Assembly: GCA_964535735.1 (NCBI GenBank)
Contig: CAZHTM010000005.1
Location: 13,017 to 77,016, forward strand
Origin: an uncultured bacterium
GTDB lineage: Bacteria; Fidelibacterota; Marinisomatia; Marinisomatales; J089
Reading direction: 5' to 3'
Length of the DNA stretch: 64,000 nucleotides
Made by a program: the position numbers and the translations under genes. The notes beneath the pieces are model-generated. The model was not told the origin of the DNA. It did no database searches and saw nothing but the letters and a program-made list of their open reading frames with translations. Positions 27,246-34,732 of this stretch are shown piece after piece (positions within the stretch are counted from its first letter, which is position 1; every line of letters starts with the position of its first letter).

Positions 27246-28286
27246 ATGGTCGATATTCTGGAATTGTTGAGATTTACTATTTCTTCCGGCGCTTCAGACC
27301 TCCATTTAAATGCGGGAGCCCCGCCCATGGTGAGAGTTGACGGAATGATGAAAAAAATTGATGTTCCTGATCTGCTACCAGAAGATATCCATCGTCTGAT
27401 TTATGATATCATGACTGACCAAGAACGAAAACGTTTTGAAGAAAATTGGGAATTGGATTTTTCTCGCGAAATCGGGTCCATAGGACGTTTTCGTGTAAAT
27501 GTTTATTACCAGAATGATGGAAAGGCTGCTGTCTTTCGTACCATTCCTACCAAAATTTTAACCATGGAAGAACTCAATTTACCCGATGTGATTAGAAAAT
27601 TATGCAATTTGGAGAAAGGGCTGGTCTTGGTTACCGGTCCAACCGGTAGTGGTAAATCCACAACCCTGGCAGCCATGGTAGACTATATCAATTCCGTTCA
27701 ACGATCCCATATCATTACTATTGAAGATCCGATTGAATTTGTTCATAAAAGTCGGTCTTGTCTAATTAGCCAACGGGAAGTGGGCCGCGATACTAAATCT
27801 TTTTCAAATGCTCTGCGGAGCGCATTGCGGGAAGATCCGGATGTAATCCTGGTAGGTGAAATGCGAGATCTGGAAACAATTGCATTGGCTATCAGCGCTG
27901 CGGAAACCGGACATCTTGTATTTGGAACGCTACACACCAATAGCGTGGCAAAAACCGTGGATCGAATCGTTGATGTATTTCCCACGAATCAGCAAGGACA
28001 AATCCGATCTATGTTTGCCGATTCTATTGAGGGTATCATTTCACAAATACTTTTACGTCGGAAAGAAGGGAAAGGTCGGGTGGCCGCTTTAGAAATATTA
28101 GTGGGAACAAATGCGATTCGAAGTTTGATCCGGGAAAATAAAACATACCAGATTGAATCAGCACTACAGACGGGATCATCCCTGGGTATGTGTACCATGG
28201 AACAAGCCCTTCGAAAGCTACTACAGGATGGAGCTATATCACGTGAAGCGGCCCAAGAAATTATTCCTAAAATGGACGTAACCTGA
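27246..28286 (+). CDS. pilT: PilT retraction ATPase, copy 2 (most canonical)
   Basis: GASDLHLNAGAPPMVRVDG, GPTGSGKST and AIRSLIRE, 346 aa. Confidence 0.9.
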   Translation: MVDILELLRFTISSGASDLHLNAGAPPMVRVDGMMKKIDVPDLLPEDIHRLIYDIMTDQERKRFEENWELDFSREIGSIGRFRVNVYYQNDGKAAVFRTIPTKILTMEELNLPDVIRKLCNLEKGLVLVTGPTGSGKSTTLAAMVDYINSVQRSHIITIEDPIEFVHKSRSCLISQREVGRDTKSFSNALRSALREDPDVILVGEMRDLETIALAISAAETGHLVFGTLHTNSVAKTVDRIVDVFPTNQQGQIRSMFADSIEGIISQILLRRKEGKGRVAALEILVGTNAIRSLIRENKTYQIESALQTGSSLGMCTMEQALRKLLQDGAISREAAQEIIPKMDVT

Positions 28287-28307
28287 TTTCACCCACGGGA
28301 GGTAACC

Positions 28308-29426
28308 ATGAATTTTAGCGATCTGATGAAATTAATGGTGGAAAAAGATGCCACCGACCTTTACATCTCAGTCGGAAATCCACCGATGTATCGAATTGGG
28401 CATGAAATCTATCCTGTAAGTTCTACCAAGCTTACTCCCGCTATGACCGAAAAAATTGCATATTCATTTTTAGATGAAAAACAGGCCAGGGAATTTCAAG
28501 AACATCATGAGATCGATATAGCCTATTCGGTACCGGGAGTTGGTCGGGTGCGGATAAATATTTTCCTGCAACGTGGATCAGTTGGATTAGTATTGAGACA
28601 TATCAAGTCGGAAATCCGCACTCTGGAAGACCTGGGCATGCCGGCTATTATCAGTAAAATTTGTGATACACCTCGTGGACTTGTTCTCATCACCGGTGCC
28701 ACCGGCAGTGGTAAATCCACAACGTTGGCAGCCATGATCGACCACATCAATTCAACCCGTACGGGGCACATCGTTACCATCGAAGACCCCATGGAATTTT
28801 TACATTACCATAAAAAATGTATTGTCACCCAACGTGAAGTGGGAATGGACACCGAATCCTATGCCGTCGCATTGAAAAGTGCCTTACGTCAGACACCGGA
28901 TGTTCTACTGATAGGAGAAATTCGAGATCGGGAGACCATGAAGGCGGCTTTAACTTTTGCAGAAACCGGTCATTTAGTTTTCAGTACCTTACATTCAGTC
29001 AATGCATCACAAACACTTGAACGGATCATGAATTTCTTTCCCGTTGATAATCACCCAATGATTCGTCAACACCTTTCATTAAACTTACGCGCGATCATCT
29101 CTCAGCGACTCGTCACTCGCAAGGATGGTTCCGGGATGGTAGCTGCCCTGGAGATTCTGGTGAATACATCACGAATTAGTGACTTGATGTATAAAGGTCT
29201 CATTGATGAAGTAAAAACAACCATTGGCGCATCCCGTGAGTCGGGAATGCAAACTTTTGATCAACATCTTTTTGACCTTTACAAGGAAGGGATAATTTCC
29301 ATGGATGATGCCCTCACAGCAGCAGACAGCGCCAATGATTTGAAACTACATATGAAAATGGAAGGTGCCGAAGTGGAAGCCGATCGTAATATGATGAATG
29401 AAACCATTACGTTTCGCGATGATTGA
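28308..29426 (+). CDS. pilU: PilU-like PilT-family ATPase
   Basis: DATDLYISVGNPPMYRIG and GATGSGKST. It lacks the AIRNLIRE motif (SRISDLMYKG) and has an extended C-terminus, as in PilU. Confidence 0.8.
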   Translation: MNFSDLMKLMVEKDATDLYISVGNPPMYRIGHEIYPVSSTKLTPAMTEKIAYSFLDEKQAREFQEHHEIDIAYSVPGVGRVRINIFLQRGSVGLVLRHIKSEIRTLEDLGMPAIISKICDTPRGLVLITGATGSGKSTTLAAMIDHINSTRTGHIVTIEDPMEFLHYHKKCIVTQREVGMDTESYAVALKSALRQTPDVLLIGEIRDRETMKAALTFAETGHLVFSTLHSVNASQTLERIMNFFPVDNHPMIRQHLSLNLRAIISQRLVTRKDGSGMVAALEILVNTSRISDLMYKGLIDEVKTTIGASRESGMQTFDQHLFDLYKEGIISMDDALTAADSANDLKLHMKMEGAEVEADRNMMNETITFRDD

Positions 29427-29638
29427 TCATGATTTCGATTATTATTATCGCCGTATTAGTGTTAGTCGTGGGTATGGCCTACTTACTTTTCCCCCAGTCG
29501 CTTTTCAAGTGGAACCAGTGGGCAAACCGGGTCATCTTCAAGGACGATATCTTCATCCGGAAAAACAGGGTTACAGGCGCCGGTCTGATCATAGCGGGTC
29601 TCTGGCTCCTGTGGATTTACTTCCACAGTCTCACCTAA
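29423..29638 (+). CDS. Small 2-TM membrane protein (71 aa), paralog of 36403-36609
   Basis: A hydrophobic hairpin with a conserved loop (FP...WN..ANRVI..DD......R.TGA). I chose it over the overlapping frame 29398-29685. ATG 29429 is an alternative start. Confidence 0.55.
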   Translation: MIMISIIIIAVLVLVVGMAYLLFPQSLFKWNQWANRVIFKDDIFIRKNRVTGAGLIIAGLWLLWIYFHSLT

Positions 29639-29689
29639 ATAACGCTGTGATTTTGGTCACAATACCCCAACCGCAGATAGTATAGGCTT

Positions 29690-30196
29690 ATGATGAAGAA
29701 AACAGGTAATCACGTGCAACAAAGATCATCAAAATCCGGATTCACCTTAATCGAACTAGTTATGGTCATTCTTTTATTAGGAATTTTATCCACTATTGCC
29801 ATTCCCAAAGTAACAGACATTATACAAACTGCCCGATTGAAAGCTACAAAAGGTGAGATGACGGAATTAAAAAAGGCCATTATGGGAGATCCATCTTCTG
29901 TGGCTGGTGGCGTCTTAATTGATAAGGGATTTAATGGCGATATTGGGCATCTTCCCGTAACTTTAGATGATCTTGTGAATCAGGGATCCTATCCCAATTG
30001 GAATCGATTTACCCAATCTGGATGGAACGGACCTTATATTTCTGAAGATTTTTCATCCGACAATGAATGGAAAATAGATGCCTGGGGAAACACATACGAA
30101 ATATTTAGTCCTGCCGCCGGAGATACCAGCCTGCTCAGCTATGGTCCGGATGGCACCAAAGGAACCAGTGATGATCTGAGCCTTCATCTTAAATAA
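29690..30196 (+). CDS. GspG-like major pseudopilin (168 aa)
   Basis: KSG|[22 protein letters not shown] class III signal and C-terminal DAWGNTYEI...SYGPDGTKGTSDD, typical of T2SS GspG. Confidence 0.8.
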   Translation: MMKKTGNHVQQRSSKSGFTLIELVMVILLLGILSTIAIPKVTDIIQTARLKATKGEMTELKKAIMGDPSSVAGGVLIDKGFNGDIGHLPVTLDDLVNQGSYPNWNRFTQSGWNGPYISEDFSSDNEWKIDAWGNTYEIFSPAAGDTSLLSYGPDGTKGTSDDLSLHLK

Positions 30197-30208
30197 AGGG
30201 GTCTCATC

Positions 30209-33046
30209 ATGGAAAAACATCACTTGATAAACACACCCAAAAAAGCATCTGGGTTTACCCTTTTTCAGCTCGTTGCACTGATTGTCGTGCTGGGAATCTT
30301 GGCAGCTACAGCTATCCAGGTAGTGGTGATACTGACCCCGTCAAGTTGGGAAGCCGAAGCATTAGCGGAAATGGAAAAAATACGTTGTGGGATTGTTGGA
30401 TGTACCGAAGGCGACTGCGGCTTTATTGGCGATAATGGAGCCATTCCATCTCAACTACAGGATTTACTGGAGGACCCGGGTTCTGGTCAATATTGTAACT
30501 GGCTAGGCCCCTATTTGGATGTAACCTTCGTTGACAACCCCTATGATTATCTCTATGATCCGTGGGGGAACCCTTATATCTGGGACACACAAAACTTAAC
30601 GCTAACTTCGACCTCTGGAGGAAATGGCGCCGAACCCCTAACCATTTCACTGGCCAATGAAGTTACCGATCTATTAAGTAATACCGTTCAATATCAATTC
30701 ACTGATGCCAATGGTTTGCCATTAGATTCATCATCCATTGATGTCTATGTGAATTACGGTTGTGGAGACATTAAACTTGACTATAGCGCTTCCCTTGGTT
30801 TTTATGGAGAAGGATTTCCAACGTGTGGACTGGAAGTCGTTGTCGTGTCTGGTGTCGATACGCTTCATCCACCTGCTTGTCCTGACCCGCCCTGTGATCC
30901 AGCGCCAATAACTTGTGATTACGGAACGATACAATATTCAGGATCAGCAGCCTTAAGCGGAACCATGAATGACGTCATCTCTTTTCAGGCCAGCGCCACA
31001 GGAGATTGTCAGTTCGATATTAAGAGTTTGTCCTTCGAATGGTCAGGTTCCAACTGGTGTAACCAAACACCTTATTTAGAAACATTTAAAGTAGGTGGTA
31101 GCACTTATTGGGATTATCAAGTCGATAACAACGGCGTTCGCGCTGTGTCTGGTCAAGAGATGGTCTTGAGAAGTACTCTTATTGCAAACCCCGGCACTAC
31201 ATTGAATATTACTGAAGTAAAATATGCCGATGCTCGCACCGGGTCAGCAAATCCCATTCAATTAGATGGGACCACATTCAATTTCTTTCTTTATTCTGAT
31301 TTAGCGCCCACTCAGTTGATTTCTTTCACCGCACCGGGGACTCCCCCGACGGCCGGTTCTTTGATCTATTCGAGTGGGACGCTTGAAACTTCCGGGAGTG
31401 ACCGCCAAAATATTTCCTTCGATATTACTAATCCAGGTGAATGTTGCGTCACAATCAGTGGAATGATCGTTTCTTGGGACACAACATCCACAATTTCCTA
31501 TCTGGAAGAAATTAAAATCGGAGGAACTACGTATTGGAAAGATAAGGAATGCAGAATTGCCTCCGGTCAATATTTAGCATTGGATGATATTGTCACTATT
31601 TGTGATGCCACCAAAACTATAGAATTAAAAAGTTTCACTACCGATCGTGGTTCAGATTGGGGGGACTATTATTCCGATCCCACAAGCACCTCTACAGTAA
31701 GCGGGTCAATTAACATCAATCCTAATAATAGCACATATAATCAATTCTATCTTGTGAAAACTGATGGTAGTCTGATTACCCGGGATGATTTAACCCAATC
31801 GGCTTCTGATTTCCAGGGAAGCGCTATCTGGGTTCATGTTAAACCCAAAGGAAATGGTAACCAGAACGGCCTCACGGTCAATGGATCATCCTATGCCGTG
31901 GATAACGGAAAACAATATGATATTTCTTCCAGCAATATGACCGTGAATCTCTACAACGATAATCGTTCCGGGGGACTGGCATTAGGTCAGTGGTGGATCG
32001 ATATAACCGCCACCGACGCCGTTATCGCTGAAAATGGCCATGGCTATTACTTGGATGATGAATCCAATTCATATTCAGAATACATCCATCGATATGCGTG
32101 TGAAAATCTGGAGGGCGGCGGCGGCGACCATGGGGATCATAATGACCATGGAGATCATGATGATCATGATGATCATGGGGATCATAACGACCATGGAGAT
32201 CACGACGACCACGGTGATCACAATGATCATGGGGATCATAGTGGTAGTTCCGGTTCATATTATTCACCTCCTGATTGTCCTGATGACGACGGAGATGGTA
32301 AAATTACCATAACGCATTATCCTTCCGGGGATACAGACCATCCTCAGGTTATCTGTATTTCAACCGATGCCTGGGACGCACATAAAGCCCATGGTGACGA
32401 GTGCGGAACACCGGCTCAAGAAGATAGCTATGAATGTTCAACAGAGAAAGATCATGTAAGCGGGAACGGAGATAAAGTGGATATGCGGGGACATCAAATT
32501 GAAGTCACCTTCATCGCTACAGATGGTACCCAGTATCCTTTTGTATTCAATACCGAATCCCGGAACGGACCTAATCTTGTTATTTACAATAACAATATCG
32601 ATGTCTCCGGGTCTGGACATTATACTGTGGAATTCGACGTGAAAAACACAGGAGATAGCCCCTTACAAATCAAACAAATAACGGCATCGTGGGATAAATC
32701 CAATGCCTATGCCTCCAAATTCAAAGTTGGTAGTACAACCTACTGGAATGCGGGTAAAGATGAACGGTTATCCAGTGGTGGCGTTTTGGATCTTGATAAT
32801 TATCTATATTTGGAAGCCAATAAACGCGTTACACTGAAGTACTATAAATTCAAAGACAGTCTAACCGGTGGAGACTATACAGACATGCGCGGTGTTGATT
32901 TCACGGTCATTTTTACAGGTGTTGGAGATGATAATGACTATACTCTTTCCTTCACAACACCCGGTACCAGTGGAGATGATCACAACGATCATGGGGACCA
33001 CGATGACCATGGAGACCATGGTGACCACGATGATGATGATCATTAA
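30209..33046 (+). CDS. Giant pseudopilin-like protein P1 (945 aa): prepilin signal with Gln at +5, GspG-like head, three copies of an unnamed beta domain, two Asp-His repeat tracts
   Basis: KKASG|FTLFQLVALIVVLGILAA; GFIGDNGAIPSQLQDL; DPWGNPYIWD; repeat units around aa 241-376, 385-478 and 795-918; DH tracts at aa 640-677 and 923-945. Confidence 0.8.
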   Translation: MEKHHLINTPKKASGFTLFQLVALIVVLGILAATAIQVVVILTPSSWEAEALAEMEKIRCGIVGCTEGDCGFIGDNGAIPSQLQDLLEDPGSGQYCNWLGPYLDVTFVDNPYDYLYDPWGNPYIWDTQNLTLTSTSGGNGAEPLTISLANEVTDLLSNTVQYQFTDANGLPLDSSSIDVYVNYGCGDIKLDYSASLGFYGEGFPTCGLEVVVVSGVDTLHPPACPDPPCDPAPITCDYGTIQYSGSAALSGTMNDVISFQASATGDCQFDIKSLSFEWSGSNWCNQTPYLETFKVGGSTYWDYQVDNNGVRAVSGQEMVLRSTLIANPGTTLNITEVKYADARTGSANPIQLDGTTFNFFLYSDLAPTQLISFTAPGTPPTAGSLIYSSGTLETSGSDRQNISFDITNPGECCVTISGMIVSWDTTSTISYLEEIKIGGTTYWKDKECRIASGQYLALDDIVTICDATKTIELKSFTTDRGSDWGDYYSDPTSTSTVSGSININPNNSTYNQFYLVKTDGSLITRDDLTQSASDFQGSAIWVHVKPKGNGNQNGLTVNGSSYAVDNGKQYDISSSNMTVNLYNDNRSGGLALGQWWIDITATDAVIAENGHGYYLDDESNSYSEYIHRYACENLEGGGGDHGDHNDHGDHDDHDDHGDHNDHGDHDDHGDHNDHGDHSGSSGSYYSPPDCPDDDGDGKITITHYPSGDTDHPQVICISTDAWDAHKAHGDECGTPAQEDSYECSTEKDHVSGNGDKVDMRGHQIEVTFIATDGTQYPFVFNTESRNGPNLVIYNNNIDVSGSGHYTVEFDVKNTGDSPLQIKQITASWDKSNAYASKFKVGSTTYWNAGKDERLSSGGVLDLDNYLYLEANKRVTLKYYKFKDSLTGGDYTDMRGVDFTVIFTGVGDDNDYTLSFTTPGTSGDDHNDHGDHDDHGDHGDHDDDDH
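32126..32239 (+). repeat. In-frame imperfect 9/18-nt tandem repeat encoding (DHx)n: DHGDHNDHGDHDDHDDHGDHNDHGDHDDHGDHNDHGDH
   Basis: 13 consecutive Asp-His dipeptides spaced by G/N/D. The DNA units gaccatggRgatcataaY recur with synonymous wobble differences. Confidence 0.9.
32975..33043 (+). repeat. C-terminal Asp-His tract DDHNDHGDHDDHGDHGDHDDDDH ending P1
   Basis: Read directly from the ORF. It immediately precedes the stop codon at 33044-33046. Confidence 0.9.
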
Positions 33047-33066
33047 ATCCTAATCTATGTATCTTG

Positions 33067-33098
33067 TCCTGGTCGGGGAACATCTTCCTTGACCAGGA
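33067..33098 (+). terminator. Extended hairpin between P1 and P2 (possible attenuator/partial terminator)
   Basis: TCCTGGTC-GG-GGAA-CATC-TTCC-TT-GACCAGGA followed by TTATTCTATTC. It lies in the 63-nt gap before ATG 33110. Confidence 0.35.
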
Positions 33099-33109
33099 TT
33101 ATTCTATTC

Positions 33110-34732
33110 ATGACATCCAAATCACATAGCATCGTGGCCTCCAACATCAAAAAATCCGGTTTTACTCTCATTGAACTTGTGATCGTAATCATTATCATGG
33201 GCATTCTAGCAGGCATTGCCGTGCGCACCACAACCCGGATTGCCCTGAATGCCAAATTCAATGAAACGTATGAAGAAATGCAATTGTTGGTAAAAGCCAT
33301 TATTGGGGATTCCAATATTATTCAGAATGACGTTCGTACCAGCTTCGGTTATGTAGGCGACACTGGCGTGATGCCACCGACACTGGACGACTTAATGTCT
33401 AATGTATCAGGCAAAACAGGTTGGGCCGGGCCGTATATGGACGCGGGTTATACTCAAGATCCTGACTTTTATAAACGGGATGCCTTCGGAAAACAATACC
33501 GATATGTTTTACCCACTGTAGGTACCGAGGCTCCTAAGATTTGGACACCTACGGATGGTGATACAATTACTGTAAAGATTGCCACTAGTTTAAACGCCAT
33601 TTTAAATAATACAATTAAATTGCGATTATACAGCGAAAATGGCGTCGAAATTAACGGGACAAATGGATCAGTGGCAGTTAGCTACAGTGGAGCCTGGCAT
33701 CCCCTGACGTATAGTTCATCAACAGGATTTAAAATTAACACTGTTCCTATCGGATTGCGTCAACTCCGTGCAATTTCCGCGGGAGATACTGTCTATAAGA
33801 CAATTTCAGTAGAAGAGGCAAACGGAACAACGGGAAATACTTTAACAATGACGGTATACCCTGATTATGGTAATTTGACATATGTTTCCGGATCGGCTTC
33901 TATCTCCGGCGCGGGAAATAACCAGGTTTCCTTTACGGTGACTAACACCGGAACGCCTACGTTTGATATTGATAGAATGACTATTACCTGGGAAGCATTA
34001 CCAAACGATTGCTGGAATTGTAAAAAGGCTTACTTGGCCGAAGTCCAGAAAACCTCGACATACTGGAAATGGAATACCAATGGTCGGTCAGCTTTGGTTC
34101 CCAGTGGCGCTCAGATCGTTTTAGATGGTACTATGTCCCTCTATACCGGACCTAATTCCATCGGTCCACTCATATTTTTGGATGGCACCGATGGTACCAC
34201 GGCCAATACTATCAATATGAACGCCACACGTTTTACGATCCGGTTTGAATCATCCACCGCTCCTTCACAGACAATCACCTTTGATAACGCAACAACGTGT
34301 GCTGCACCCAGTCTATCCCAAAATGGAGCCGCCACCCTGATCGACGGAGCGCGTTTATCGGTACCAGTACAAAATCCCGGTGTATTGCCCGTCACGATTA
34401 CATCCATGACCGTATCCACTGATATTACCACATCGACCGCCTATCTGGATCGTATTCGTTTCGATGGCGCAGATGTCTGGCTGGCCAACGTAACCGCCTG
34501 TAGCAATGTGGCTCGTCCCACGGTAGCAAACAACGCTACGGGAACAGCCGATTTTCTCATTTGCACCTATGCCCTCCCGACAATTAACGCCGGATCAACC
34601 GCTACTGTAGAAATACGGCTAAGGAAAGATCCTACTGGAACAACAAATGTTCCTGTTGCTGTCGGTCAAAGTTATATCCTGGTGTTTAATCTCCAGTGTG
34701 GTAGCTCCCAAACGATTGCCTTCACGTTGTAA
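33110..34732 (+). CDS. Giant pseudopilin-like protein P2 (540 aa)
   Basis: KKSG|FTLIELVIVIIIMGILAGIAV; GYVGDTGVMPPTLDDL; DAFGKQYRY; two C-terminal repeat domains with CWNC at 34010-34021. I moved the start from TTG 33089 to ATG 33110. Confidence 0.8.
   Translation: MTSKSHSIVASNIKKSGFTLIELVIVIIIMGILAGIAVRTTTRIALNAKFNETYEEMQLLVKAIIGDSNIIQNDVRTSFGYVGDTGVMPPTLDDLMSNVSGKTGWAGPYMDAGYTQDPDFYKRDAFGKQYRYVLPTVGTEAPKIWTPTDGDTITVKIATSLNAILNNTIKLRLYSENGVEINGTNGSVAVSYSGAWHPLTYSSSTGFKINTVPIGLRQLRAISAGDTVYKTISVEEANGTTGNTLTMTVYPDYGNLTYVSGSASISGAGNNQVSFTVTNTGTPTFDIDRMTITWEALPNDCWNCKKAYLAEVQKTSTYWKWNTNGRSALVPSGAQIVLDGTMSLYTGPNSIGPLIFLDGTDGTTANTINMNATRFTIRFESSTAPSQTITFDNATTCAAPSLSQNGAATLIDGARLSVPVQNPGVLPVTITSMTVSTDITTSTAYLDRIRFDGADVWLANVTACSNVARPTVANNATGTADFLICTYALPTINAGSTATVEIRLRKDPTGTTNVPVAVGQSYILVFNLQCGSSQTIAFTL

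Noticed and set aside
29398-29685. 95-aa ORF overlapping the 71-aa miniprotein gene in another frame
   Set aside because: The 29423-29638 frame encodes a clean 2-TM protein with a recognisable paralog at 36403-36609. The 95-aa frame has no features.
32022-33053. ORFs 32022-32267(-), 32034-32312(+), 32861-33043(-) and 32868-33053(+); also the possibility that the periodic DNA is a CRISPR array or non-coding satellite
   Set aside because: The periodicity is 9/18 nt with no spacers, and it is in frame within a 945-codon ORF encoding DH repeats. The other-frame ORFs (Met/Ile/Thr-rich or His/Arg-rich) are by-products of GATCAT repeats.
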